A stretch of DNA of 63,349 bases, counting the filler, from Squatina squatina (Eukaryota), in the NCBI GenBank assembly GCA_031763465.1. It is 3 parts of 2 records of this genome, joined end to end, with 100 filler letters (N's around TTAATTAATTAA, not from the genome) between each part and the next. Parts side by side here need not be neighbours in the genome. Positions count along the whole stretch, not along the records: positions 14,616 to 39,748 come from JARFOE010000168.1; positions 39,849 to 63,349 come from JARFOE010000236.1; 1 more part is not named here. One strand, written 5' to 3'. Position numbers and translations under genes: made by a program. The notes beneath the pieces were generated by a model. That model was not told where the DNA came from, searched no databases, and was given only the letters and a program-made list of their open reading frames with translations. This document shows, piece after piece, positions 38,030 to 50,631 of the stretch (positions are counted from its first letter, which is position 1; every line of letters starts with the position of its first letter).

Positions 38030-38370
38030 AAATCTACCCAATAGACTCTGGATGATCATGAGAAGAACAGGAGGAGAAGTTAGAAGATTTTTTTTCCACA
38101 CAGAGGGTGGTTGGAATTTGAAATGCTTCACCACAAGTGGCTATTGAGAAAGGGACTGTGCCGTTTCTCAGGGGTTTCAGCAGATTTCCCACTGCAATGA
38201 CAGTGGACGATCGGGAGAGCCCCTGTGGTATACTTAACCTCAGTATCATCATTTAAAAGGTGTTTGGAAAAAATGTAAAAAGGATTAATATAAAAGAATA
38301 TGGGGAAAGGGCAGGAATATGGGATTAAAGTAGCTAGCCCCAGTTGAAGAGTTTGCACCAGCACAGGTGC
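38030..38370 (+). mobile_element. CR1 3' fragment, degenerate
   Basis: ttttttccacacagagggtggttggaatttgaaatgc (FFTQRVVxxWN-like) plus 3' UTR-like sequence. Confidence 0.65.
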
Positions 38371-39748
38371 AATGTGCAGTCATTTCAATAATAAAGAATA
38401 TTATAACTTACACCTACAACATTAGTGTTAGGTAAACTGTAAACGGTTTTTTTTTTAAATGGCGCACTTACAGAAATGGTCATTTTCCTGGACTGATAAA
38501 GGTTAAGCAATGCTGCTGACTTGAGGAGTTCTGCTTGTAAAGCATTCAGCAGTTCATTTCCCAACAGCTATCATTTCAGTCGAATATGTTGACCTTTCTG
38601 GGCTTGTGTAGTTAATAAGGGCACTTCCACCCTAATTATATTCTGGAGTCAGCTGAAAGGTCATTTTCCATTGTGAGGCACTTTTGTATATGTCCAAGTT
38701 ACAAAGCTGCTTGTGACTGATCTGAAGTTATGGAGCACTGAGGAACACGGATTAGTTTTTTCGGTTTATTTAAACTACATCTACAGATATTCTTTATATT
38801 CTCTTTTTTTTTTGGTATTAACCAAATGTGGGCGTTGAAAAATACTTTGAGAAATTCATTTCATAAATTTCACAGTAAAGGAACTGTATTGTGGGTTGGG
38901 GAATAAAATTGAACAATATTTTCCATCATGTGATTTAAAAAAAAATCAGATGAGCAGCACCTCAAGGCCTATGTATGCTATATTGCTGTTTTTCGGGTCA
39001 GTGACTTAGCTTATTTACACAGGAACAAAAATCAAGTGATAATGTCTTGGAACCTTTCAGTTAAAACTAAATAAGGTGGAGGTAATCTGAACCGTTTTCC
39101 CTGATGGACGATCCAGCTTCGCTTAACACTTAATTCACACCTCATGTCTCAGCCAGTGCTAACTGCCCCCTATTTATAACTCAGACAAGATACTCCTTCA
39201 TTCAGTTGCCTTAACTGTTCTCTGAATAGGCTCTAGGCCCTAGCATCGTGAAATAAAGAGAAATTTACTTTTATGTGGCTAATCTGAGCTATTAAGGTCA
39301 ATGTTTCGGCTTCGCTAGATTCACAAACATAAGTACGGTTGAGAGAGGCCATTTGGCACTTCTAGCTGATTCCGTCATAGAAATCTATCATCAGAGTATC
39401 TAACTCCTCAAAGCATTCAAGAGTTTTTGCCTGTGCTATCTTATCTAGAAGGCCATTCTAGGCACGAATCATTCTTTGTGTGAAGAACTACTTCCTCACA
39501 TCAGTCCCCAACTTGCCATTTACCAGTCTATACTTGTGTCCCTTTGTCCTCTAGTTATGGTTCAGCTCAAAATATTGCTTCAGATTTATCCTTTCCTGTC
39601 TGCTTACTGTTCATTTAGTTTGATCTTTTAGTGACACGATGATGAGTAGTTCTTCCTTCACAGTGCAGTTATCAGACAAATTACTTAAAAAACTATTAGC
39701 TGTTGCTAGTCCTCAGTGTTACAATTTGTTCAATATGCAACTTAAATA

Positions 39749-39848
39749 NNNNNNNNNNNNNNNNNNNNNNNNNNNNNNNNNNNNNNNNNNNNTTAATTAA
39801 TTAANNNNNNNNNNNNNNNNNNNNNNNNNNNNNNNNNNNNNNNNNNNN
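39749..39848. other. Artificial scaffold spacer N44-TTAATTAATTAA-N44
   Basis: Same architecture as 14516-14615; 12-mer at 39793-39804. Confidence 0.95.
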
Positions 39849-39910
39849 TGGGACGTTTCAAGGTGGTGAAAGGTCGTGTAAAATCGGGGATCAAACGAGA
39901 CGGCACTTAC

Positions 39911-40800
39911 TTGGGAGCCAGCAGCGGATGCGTCGTCGCCAATACTTCGCTGGTGTCCAGTGCGGCGCCGAACGGAGGCCTCGCGACCACGTAGGAAGTG
40001 GACTTGCCCAGGGGAGGACCGGGAGGGGCCGGGGCCTCGGGGGAGCCCATGGAGCGGGCCCTGGGGGCATGGGCTCCACCCTCGGAGATCCTGGAGAAGC
40101 GGGAGGGCTGTGAGACAGCGCTCCCGGACTGCGAGGAGGACGACGGGGTGGTGCTGGTCCGCTGGGCCGGGCTCCTGAAGCCTGGCGAACGCCTGGAGTC
40201 GTCGGAGGAGCTGGCGCCAATCCTGGCGTGGTGGTGCTGGTGGTGGTAGGCAGTGCCCACGGGGGGTGCTTCCTCCGGCCGCAGCAGCTTCTCCCGCTCC
40301 TGTCGCAACCGGCCGTCGCAGGAGGACGGGGGGGGCTCCCGGGGGCAGCGGGGAGGGGGTCCGTAGACCCCCGGCGGCGGGTAGCGGTGGAGGTCTGCCT
40401 CCCTCTGCTGGGCGATCTTGGCCGACATGAAGGGCGAGTGGTAGCCCGGGGGCTCGGGCCCCGGCACCGGACAGGGGGACTCGGCCTAGGGACTGCCCGA
40501 AGGGGTGCCCAGGCTGTCATAGGACAGGCTCCNNNNNNNNNNNNNNNNNNNNTTGTAGGAGGTGGAGGTGGTGCCCTCGGAGCGGATGGACTGCAGATGG
40601 CTCATTTCGAAGCCCCCGCCATGGGCCGACTTCAGGCTGGACGAGCGCGAGCCGTTGGAGACGGGCTCAAACTGGAAGCTCTTATAGATGGTGGGCGAGC
40701 GGTAGTCATCCGACTCCAGGTTGGGCTCCGACTTGTAGCTCTGGCTCCTGCTGCTCTCGTCGATAGGCCCGGGCTCCTTCACAGCCTCGCCTCTGGAGAT
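39911..40800 (-). CDS. ZDHHC5: ZDHHC5 large C-terminal-tail exon with an in-frame TAG (possible pseudogene or base error)
   Basis: tttttgtgcctcag acceptor, AA|gtaagt donor; SYKSEPNLE...[10 protein letters not shown]...[15 protein letters not shown]...SLSYDSL...QEREKLL...[10 protein letters not shown]...PLLAPK matches DHHC5 rather than DHHC8. TAG at 40486-40488; 20-N gap inside. Confidence 0.88.
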
Positions 40801-40909
40801 CTGAGGCACAAAAAGAGGAAACACGCCTAACTACCACATCCAGCTTTAACCGCTTGGCAAAGTTTAAAATTTTCTCATCTTCCACAAGATTTCTCTCAGG
40901 CTCAAGGCA

Positions 40910-41425
40910 ATGTTTGACGTCCTCCCATTCCACTGTCCAGGGCCCCAAACACTCCTTTCCCAGGTGAAACAGCAGTTTACTTGTACTTCTTTTAATTTAG
41001 TGTACTGTAATCACTGATCACGATCTGGTCTCCTCTACTTTGGGGAGACCAAACGCAGACTGGGTTTGCAGAACACCTCAGTTCAGTCCACAAGCGTGAC
41101 CCTGAGCTTCCGGTCGCCTGTCATTTTAATTCTCCGCCCAACTCCGACCTCGGCCTCATATGCTGTTCCAATGAAGCTCAACAGAAGCTCGAGGAACAGC
41201 ACCTCACCTTTCGATTAGGCACTTTACAGCCTCCTGGACTCTACATCGAGTTCAACAATTTCAGAGCACAACCTCTGCCCCTATTTTTTTGCACATGGCA
41301 GCTGTTGATGGATCTGCTATTCCCATTTACACCTCATCTAGACTCGTCTTTTATTTCTTAACTTGTCCCATTACCATCTCTTTTGTTGCCGTGCACCATC
41401 GTCCCTTTTGTCATTTAAACTCTCC
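40910..41425 (+). mobile_element. Penelope-like element 3' part (GIY-YIG remnant)
   Basis: LLYFGETKRRLG; reverse complement of about 14620-15110. Confidence 0.85.
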
Positions 41426-41525
41426 NNNNNNNNNNNNNNNNNNNNNNNNNNNNNNNNNNNNNNNNNNNNNNNNNNNNNNNNNNNNNNNNNNNNNNNNNNN
41501 NNNNNNNNNNNNNNNNNNNNNNNNN

Positions 41526-42437
41526 GTCACCCTCACACCCACACTCACCCTCAACCCCGCACTCACCCTCAAACCCACACTCACCCCTCAGCCCCTTACA
41601 TCCTCAACCCCACACTCCGCCCTCTGCCCCACACACACCCTTCAAACCCACATCCACCCCATAACCCCACACTCACCCTCAGCCCTACACTCACCCTCAG
41701 ATCCACACTCACCCTCAGATTCACACTCACCCTTCAACCCCACATTCACCCCTCAACCCCACATTCACCCCTCAACCCCACACTCACCCCTCAGCACCAC
41801 CTCACCCTCAACCCCACCCTCACATTTCAGCCCAGCATTCATCCCTCAGCCTCACACTCATCCTCAACCCCACACTCACCCCTCAAAACCACACTCACCC
41901 TATGCCCCACACTCACCCTCAGCCCCATACTCACCCTCAGCCCCATACTCACCCCTGAACCCCACACTCACCCTCAACCCCACACTCACCCTCAACCCTA
42001 CACTCACCCCTCAACGTCACACTCACCCTCAACCCTACACTCATCCCTCAGCCTCACACTCACCCCTCAACCCCACACTCACCACTCAACCCCACACTCA
42101 CTCTCAGCCTCACACTCAACCTTTGCCCCACATTCACCCTCACACCCACACTCACCCACAACCCCACAATCACCATCAACACCACACTCACCCTCAAACC
42201 CACACTCACCCCTCAACCCCACACTCACCCTCAACCTCACATTTACTCCTCAACCCCACACTCACACCTCTGCCCCACATACACCCCTCAAACCCACATC
42301 CACCCTGTCACTCCACACTCAACCCTCAGCCCCACACTCACCTTCAATCCCACTCTCACCCTCAGCCCCACAATCACCCCTCAGCCCCACACTCACCCCT
42401 CAGCCCCACACTCACCCCTCAGCCCAACACTCAACCC
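41526..42437. repeat. C-rich minisatellite, about 18-bp unit CCCCACACTCACCCTCAR
   Basis: Directly visible; gap on both sides. Confidence 0.95.
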
Positions 42438-42537
42438 NNNNNNNNNNNNNNNNNNNNNNNNNNNNNNNNNNNNNNNNNNNNNNNNNNNNNNNNNNNNNNN
42501 NNNNNNNNNNNNNNNNNNNNNNNNNNNNNNNNNNNNN

Positions 42538-44114
42538 TAACTCACTTCCAGTATCTGTTACTCCCTGTAAGACCCTGCCAGTATCTGTTACTCTCTATAA
42601 CTCACTCCCAGTATCTGCTACTCTCTGTAACTCACTTCCAGTATCTGTTACTCCCTGTAGCACACTTCCAGTATCTGTTACTCTCTGTACCTCACTCCTA
42701 GTATCTGTTACTCCCTGTAAGACCCTGCCAGTATCTGTTACTCTCTATAACTCACTCCCATTATCTGTTACTCTCTGTAACTCATTCTCAATATTGGTTA
42801 CTCTCTGTAACTCACTCCCAGTATCTGTTTCTCTCTCACTCACTCCCGGTATCTGTTACTCTCTCACTCACTCCCAGTATCTACTGCTCTCTCTCACTCA
42901 CTCCCTGAAGCTGTTACTCTCTGTAACTCATTCTCAATATCTGTTAACCCCTGTAACTCACTCCCAGTATCTGTTACTCTCTCACTCACTCCCAGTATCT
43001 GTTACTCTCTCCAATTCATTCTCAATATCTGTTAACCTCTGTAAATCGCTCCCAGTATCTGTTATTCTCTGTAACACACTCCCAGTATCTGTTTCTCTCT
43101 CACACACTCCCAGTATCTGTTACTCTCTCTCTCACTCCCAGTATGTGCTGCTCTCTCTCACTCACTCCCAGTACCTGTTACTCTCTGTAACTCATTCTCA
43201 ATATCTGGAACTCTCTCCAACTCATTCTCAATATCTGTTAACCTCTGTAACTCACTCCCAGTATCTGTTACTCTCTGCAACGAATTCTCAGTATCTGCTA
43301 CTCTCTGTAGCTCACTCCCGGTATCTGTTACTCTCTGTAACTCACTCCCAATATCTGTTACTCTCTGTAACTCACTCCCAGTATCTGCTGCTCTCTCTCA
43401 CTCACTCCCAGTATCTGCTGCTCTCTCTCACTCACTCCCAGTATGTGTTACTCTCTCCCACTCTCTCCCAATATCTGTTGCTCTATCTCACTCTCTCCCA
43501 GTATCTGTTACTGTCTCACTCACTCTCAGTATCTGCTGCTCTCTTTCACTCACTCCCAGTATGTGCTACTCTCTCCCACTCTCTCCCAATATCTGCTGCT
43601 CTGTCTCACTCTCTCCCAGTATCTGTTACTCTCTCACTCACTCCCAGTATCTGTTACTCTCTCTCGCTCACTCCCAGTATCTGCTGCTCTCTCTCGCTCA
43701 CGCCCAGTATCTGTTACTCTCTCTCGCTCACTCCCAGTATCTGCTGCTCTCTCTCACTCACTCCCAGTATCTGTTACTCTCTCTCGCTCACTCCCAGTAT
43801 CTGTTACTCTCTCTCACTCACTCCCAGTATCTGTTACTCTCTCTCGCTCACTCCCAGTATCTGCTGCTCTCTCTCACTCTCTCCCTATATCTGTTAATCT
43901 TTCTCACTCACTCCCAGTCTCTGTTACTCTCTCTCACTCACTCCCTATATCTGTTAATCTCTCTCACTCACTCCCAGTATCTGTTACTCTCTCTCACTCA
44001 CTCCCTATATCTGTTAATCTCTCTCACTCACTCCCAGTATCTGTTAATCTCTCTCACTCACTCCCAGTATCTGTTACTCTCTCTCACTCACTCCCTATAT
44101 CTGTTAATCTCTCT
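42538..44114. repeat. 30-bp satellite CTCACTCCCAGTATCTGTTACTCTCT(GTAA/CTCA)
   Basis: About 50 copies, near-perfect 30-bp register toward the 3' end; explains the 844-aa and related ORFs. Confidence 0.97.
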
Positions 44115-44214
44115 NNNNNNNNNNNNNNNNNNNNNNNNNNNNNNNNNNNNNNNNNNNNNNNNNNNNNNNNNNNNNNNNNNNNNNNNNNNNNNNNNNNNNN
44201 NNNNNNNNNNNNNN

Positions 44215-44398
44215 CGGGTAGTTGGGTTACAGTACTGGGGGGCGGGAAGTGTATGGGCACTCGGGTAGTTGGGTTACAGTACTGGGGGGCGGGGACTGGA
44301 TGGGCACTCGGGTAGTTGGGTTACAGTACTGGCGGGCGGGGAATGGATGGGGACTCGGGTAGTTGGGTTACAGTACTGGGGGGCGGGGAATGGATGGA
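44215..44398. repeat. 47-bp G-rich minisatellite, about 4 copies, intronic
   Basis: Units start at 44215, 44262, 44309 and 44356 (cgggtagttgggttacagtactgg...). Confidence 0.95.
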
Positions 44399-44422
44399 AC
44401 CCCCATGATCTATTGCTGCTAA

Positions 44423-44704
<282 letters not shown>

Positions 44705-45907
44705 TAGGCGCAGTAGCGGGNNNNNNNNNNNNNNNNNNNNNNNNNNNNNNNNNNNNNNNNNNNNNNNNNNNNNNNNNNNNNNNNNNNNNNNNNNNNNNNN
44801 NNNNNNNNNNNNNNNNNNNNTCTATAAACTGCCTTCTGAAGTGGCCTAGCAAGCCAATCCTTTGCTTCCTGGCTGCTGCAGTGAGGTTTTTATATTGCAT
44901 CCGTCATCCATTCCTCCCTGCTCGCCCCCTATAGAGGAAGTTAAAGGCCAGTTGCTTGGAGGCAAGGGCTGGAGGAAATGCCACCTCTCATCATGGCACG
45001 GGAGGAAGGGAGAGGAGAGGTGATCACTGTTGGTGGGAATGTATGATCCTCTGGTTTCCGCCGTATATGGAGAGGGAGAGTCAGAACTGGGGGCAAAAGA
45101 ATGTTGCCGTACATTTTCCAAAACACAATAAACTCGGTGAGCACTGAGAGCAAGAGATAGCAAGTAGCTGGTGGGAAATTGTAACCAGTATAATTTAAGA
45201 CTGAGCTGGATGATGGCAGTTTACTATCATACCCAGTCTTGATTTAATGATGATAATCTGGGTATAATTGAGCTATTATGTATATGAATCTGTCTGGGAT
45301 CTTATTCAGTGGTCATAACAAATCACCAAATTCACATCAATAAAATGTATTTATTTTTATATCTGAAGTCATTTGTTATGTTAAATGCTAGCTGGTTGTT
45401 CACATAACCTTGTAGAACTATCACACAGACTCCGTGGCCCCTGGTATTGGAGGGGCTCTACTTAAGTTTGTTATGAAGCAGGAAAAGAAATGAATCTGGA
45501 AAGACAAGTTACAGTGGCTAAACCATTAGAATACAATGGTTTTGTGCCACAGATGCTGCTTAGAAGTAGTGTAAGGCTTTATACCCATTTTCATTGCAGC
45601 CAAAATATTAATAACTGTTGTGTTGCAGGTGCCACACTGGCACCACACAAGCCCACCCCACCCCAATTTACTAATGGGTTGCTATTCCATAATATTAAAG
45701 CCACGGACTAACAGCGGCTGAATAAGGGAAATTACACGGGATACCAAAGGGCGCTGTGGAACTGGGGCTCCTCTTCACTTTTCCATGAAAAGTGCAAAGC
45801 AAGTGGGCTCGGTAATGATTGACAACACTGTATTTTTACATCACTAGTTTCGCAGCGCTGGCACTGCTATTTCGCACCAGCGAAATTAACAATCGCACGT
45901 GTGAAAA

Positions 45908-46310
45908 ATCACACTCACAGTCCCTCCCACACACTTACAGTCTCTCTCACACTCACAATCTCTCTCACACACTCACATTCTCTCTCTCACTCTCACATCG
46001 TCTCTCCCACACACTCACAGTCTCTCTCACACTCACAGTCACTCTCACACACTTACAGTCTCTCTCACACTCACAGTCTCTCTCACACACTCACATTCTC
46101 TCTTTCACACTCACAGTCTCGCTCACATACTCACATTCTCTCTTTCACACTCACAGTCTCTCTCACACACTCACATTCTCTCTTTCACACTCACAGTCTC
46201 TCTCATGCTCACAACGTCTCTCCCACACACTCACAGTCTCTCCCACACATTCACAGTCTCTCTTTCTCACTCACAGTCACTCTCACACACTCACATTCAC
46301 TCTCACAAAC
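45908..46310. repeat. CA/CT-rich simple repeat (CACACTCACAGTCTCTCT-like)
   Basis: Directly visible. Confidence 0.92.
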
Positions 46311-46413
46311 TTANNNNNNNNNNNNNNNNNNNNNNNNNNNNNNNNNNNNNNNNNNNNNNNNNNNNNNNNNNNNNNNNNNNNNNNNNNNNNNNNNNNNNNN
46401 NNNNNNNNNNNNN

Positions 46414-47046
46414 AGCGACCTGCTCCCCAAGACTTGCTCCCGTCAAGCTGAGCCTTCCAGTCACCAGACGGCCACCCCGTGCTACCCGCGCTGGGACCTG
46501 ATGTTCCTGAAGATCCACAAGACCGGGAGCAGCACCGTGCTCAACATCCTCTTCCGTTACGGCGAGAAGCACCGGCTGAAGTTCGCCTTCCCCGCGGGGG
46601 GGCGCAACGACTTTGCCTACCCGGCCCCCTTCAGCTGCCGCGCTGTCTGGGGCTACTCCCCCGCCGTCTGCTACAACGTCGTGGCCAACCACATGCGCTT
46701 CAGCCCCGAGGCGGTGGGTAGCCTCCTGCCCCGGGAGAGAGTCTACTTCACCATCCTGCGCGAGCCCGCCCGCCTCTTCGAGTCCAGCTTCCACTACTAC
46801 GGCCCCACCGTCCCGCTGACCTGGCGTGTCCCAGGCCGGGACAAGATGGCCGCCTTCCTGCGTGACCCCTGGGCCTACTACAGCCCGGGCGCCTTCAACA
46901 GCCACTACCTGCGCAACCTGCAGTTCTTCGACCTGGGCTACGACAAGGACATGGACCCTGGCGACCCCCTGCTGGAGGACATCTTCCGTCAGCTGGAAGA
47001 CAAATTTTCCTTGGTCATGCTGACCGAGTATTTCGATGAGTCGCTG
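46414..47046 (+). CDS. GAL3ST1: Galactose-3-O-sulfotransferase, GAL3ST1-like, partial large exon
   Basis: Uninterrupted frame between two gaps: FLKIHKTGSSTVLNILFRYGEKHRLKFAFP, ILREPARLFESSFHYY, HYLRNLQFFDLGYD, EYFDESL (5'-PSB and 3'-PB motifs). Confidence 0.88.
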
Positions 47047-47146
47047 NNNNNNNNNNNNNNNNNNNNNNNNNNNNNNNNNNNNNNNNNNNNNNNNNNNNNN
47101 NNNNNNNNNNNNNNNNNNNNNNNNNNNNNNNNNNNNNNNNNNNNNN

Positions 47147-49032
47147 AGAGTGAGGTTGAGTGAGGTGGAGTGTGGAGTGAGATGGAGTGAGGCGGAGTGA
47201 GGTGGAGTGAGGCGGAGTGAGGTTGAGTGAAGCGGAGTGAGGCAGAGTGAGGCGGAGTGAGGTTGAGTGAGGTGATTGAGGTTGAGTGAGGCTGAGTGAA
47301 GCTGAGTGAGGCGGAGTGAGGTGAAGTGAGGCGGAGTGAGGTTGAGTGAGGCAGGGTGAGTTTGAGTGAGGTGGAGTGTGGATTGAGGTGGAGTGAGGCA
47401 GAGTGAGGCGGAGTGTGGAGTGAGGTAGAGTGAGGTGGAGTGAGGCGGAGTGAGGTTGAGTGAGGTGGATTGAGGCGGAATGAGGTGGAGTGAGGTGATT
47501 GAGGTGGAGTGAGGCGGAGTGAGGTGGAGTGAGGTGGAGTGAGGTGGAGTGAGGTTGAGTGAGGTGGAGTGAGGTTGCGTGAGGCAGAGGGAAGCGGAAT
47601 GAGGCGGAGTGAGGTGGAGTGAGGTGGAGTGTGGTGTGAGGTGGTGTGAGGCAGAGTGAGGCGGAGTGTAGAGTGAGGTGGAGTGAGGTGGAGTGAGGCG
47701 GAGTGAGTTTGAGTGAGGTGGAGTTGGCGGAATGAGGTGGAGTGAGGTGATTGAGGTTGAGTGAGGCGGTGTGAGGCGGAGTGAGGTTGAGTGAGGTGAT
47801 TGGGGTTGAGTGAGGCGATTGGGGTTGAGTGAGGCTGAGTGAAGCTGAGTGAGGCGGTGTGAGCTTGAGTGTGGCGGAGTGTGGTTGAGTGAGGTGATTG
47901 AGGTGGAGTGAGGCAGAGTGAGGTTGAGTGAGGTGATTGAGGTGGAGTGAGGCTGAGTGAGGTGGAGTGAAGCGGATTGAGGCGGAGTGAGGCGGAGTGA
48001 GGTTAAGTGAGGCGGAGTGAGGTGGAGTGAGGCGGAGTGAGGTTGAGTCAGGTGATTGTGGTGGAGTGAGGCTGAGTGAGGTGGAGTGAAGCGGATTGAC
48101 GCGGAGTGAGGCGGAGTGAGGCGGAGTGAGGTGGAGTGAGGTTGAGTGAGGTGATTGCGGTGGAGTGAGGCTGAATGAGGTGATTGAGGTTGAGTGTGGC
48201 TGAGTGAAGCTGAGTGAGGCGGAGTGAGTTTGAGTGAGGCGGAGTGAGGTTGAGTTAGGCGGAGTGAGGTTGAGTTAGGCGGAGTCAGGTTGAGTGAGGT
48301 GATTGAGGTGGAGTGAGGCGGAGTGAGGTTAGGTGAGGCAGAGTGAGGTTGAGTGAGGTTGAGTGAGGTGATTGAGGTGGAGTGAGGGTGAGTAAGGTGG
48401 AGTGTGATGTAGTGAAGCGGAGTGAGGCGGAGTGAGGTTGTGTGAGCTGATTGAGGTTTAGTGAGGCTGAGTGAAGCTGAGTGAGGCGGAGTGAGGTTGA
48501 GTGAGGTGATTGAGGCTGAGTGAGGCTGAGTGAGGTGGAGTGAGGCGGAGTGAGGCGGAGTGAGGTGGAGTGAGGCGGAGTGAGATTGAGTGAGGTGGAG
48601 TGAGGCGGAATGAGGTGGAGTGAGGTGATTGAGGTTGAGTGAGGCTAAGTGAAGCTGAGTGAGGCGGAGTGAGGTTTAGTGAGGCGGAGTGAGGTTGAGT
48701 GAGGTGATTGAGCAGGAGTGAGGCGGAGTGAGGTTGTGTGAGGCGGAGTGAGGTTGAGTGAGGTGATTGAGGTGGAGTGAGGCTGAGTGAGGTGGAGTGA
48801 GGTGGAGTGAAGCGGAGTGTGGCGGAGTGAGGTTGAGTGAGCTGATTGAGATTGAGTGAGGCTGAGCGAAGCTGAGTGAGGCGGAGTGAGGTTGAGTGAG
48901 GTGATTGAGGTGGAGTGAAGCGGAGTGAGGTTGAGTGAAGGTGAGTGAGTTTGAGTGAGGTGATTGTGGTGGAGTGAGGCTGAGTGAGGTGGAGTGAAGC
49001 GGATTGAGGCGGAGTGATGTGTAGTGAGGTGG
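47147..49032. repeat. Purine-rich decamer satellite GAGTGAGGYG
   Basis: About 1.9 kb of GAGTG alternating with AGGCG/AGGTG/AGGTT/AGGCT. Confidence 0.97.
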
Positions 49033-49132
49033 NNNNNNNNNNNNNNNNNNNNNNNNNNNNNNNNNNNNNNNNNNNNNNNNNNNNNNNNNNNNNNNNNNNN
49101 NNNNNNNNNNNNNNNNNNNNNNNNNNNNNNNN

Positions 49133-49650
49133 GAGGAGGACTGTGACTCGAGTAAATACAGAGGAGGACTGGGCCTCTAGTAAACACAGAGGAGGACTGG
49201 GACTCTAGTAAATACAGAGGAGGACTGCGGCTCTGGTTAATACAGAGGAGGACTGGGACTCTGGTTAATACAGAGGAGGACTGGGACTCTAGTTAATACA
49301 GAGGAGGACTGGGACTCTGGTTAATACGGAGGAGGACTGGGACTCTGGTTAATACAGAGGAGGACCGCGACTCTGGTTAATACAGAGGAGGACTGGGACT
49401 CTGGTTAACACAGAGGAGGACTGGGACACTGGTTAATACAGAGGAGGACTGGGACACTGGTTAATACAGAGGAGGACTGGGACTCTGGTTAATACAGAGG
49501 AGGACTGGGACACTGGTTAATACAGAGGAGGACTGCGGCTCTGGTTAATACAGAGGAGGACTGCGGCTCTGGTTAATACAGAGGAGGACTGGGACTCTAG
49601 TTAATACAGAGGAGGACTGGGACCCTGGTTAATACAGAGGAGGACTGCGA
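49133..49650. repeat. 28-bp minisatellite GAGGAGGACTGGGACTCTGGTTAATACA, about 18 copies
   Basis: Units start at 49133, 49161, 49189 and so on, with no spacers. Confidence 0.96.
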
Positions 49651-50510
49651 CAACATGCAGGAAGACATTAATTAATGTGCAGAATTGGCGTGTGATTGGC
49701 AAACAAACTTCATTATAGAGAAGGGTGAGGTGGTGAATTTTAACAGGACGAATAAGGAGATCAGATACTACTTGGAAAAGACAGGTCTAAATCTGGGTGA
49801 GGAACAGGTGGTTGTGATGGTACAGTTACACAAATCACTAAAAGTAGCGATGTCGGATGATAAGGCCATAAAAACAAAGAAATCACTCTGGTTAATGTCT
49901 CGAGGGATAGAATTATAAAGCGGAGAAGTGATGTTAAATTTATGTGGAGCCTTGGTGAGACCACACTTGGAGAATGGCGAACATTTCCGGTGTCCATCTT
50001 ATAAGAATTGTCGAGACCCTGGGGAAGGTGCAAAGAGTATTTACTAGAATGATCGTCGAACATAGAGTCTATTCCTATCAGGAAAAATTGAACAGCCTGG
50101 GCTCTTTTCTTCAGAAAAGTGAAGACTGAGGGCTGATCAGATAGAGTCCCTTAACATCATGAAAGAACTTGATAGGGTCGATGTAGAGAAGATGTTTCCA
50201 CCTGTGGGGACAACAGATCTAGGGGCCATGAATATAAGGTCTTCACTAATAAATCCAATCGGGAATTCTGGATAAACCTCTTTACCCAGAGAGTGGCGAG
50301 AATGTGGAACTTGATACCACAAGGAATGGTGTGGTCGAGGCGAATAACATGGATACATTTAACGGGGAGCGAGATAAGCACATGAGGGGAAAGGAATAGA
50401 TTAATATTTTGAATGTGTTCGGTGAAGGAGGGTGGCAGGATGCTCGTTTGGAGCAGAGACACCGACAGTGTGCTATTGGGTGGTGTGGCTTCTCTGAGCT
50501 GTAAATATTT
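49650..50510 (+). mobile_element. CR1 LINE 3' portion, degenerate
   Basis: WACDWQTNF, LHKSLKVA, LVRPHLE and FTQRVARMWNL-like pieces plus 3' UTR. Confidence 0.85.
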
Positions 50511-50631
50511 TGTCAGTTGTGTTAATCTGTTATTGGACCCTGGTCTGGTTATACTTAGTGAATTGTGCATAGTTACAGTCTCCATGTTATAAAAGGGACA
50601 TAGTAGCGTCAGAGAAAGTGCAAAAATATTT

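Noticed and set aside
39891-40830. Overlapping alternative-frame and antisense ORFs in the ZDHHC5 exon
   Set aside because: Expected shadow ORFs of very GC-rich coding sequence.
41289-44315. Long ORFs of 470, 844, 290 and 235 aa
   Set aside because: They are translations of stop-poor satellites read through N gaps, with no domain content.
47147-49032. Immunoglobulin switch-region-like G-rich pentamer array
   Set aside because: AGCT motifs are sparse and no Ig exons are nearby; best treated as an ordinary satellite.
49133-49650. 28-bp repeat array as a CRISPR
   Set aside because: Head-to-tail units with no unique spacers, no cas genes, and a vertebrate context.
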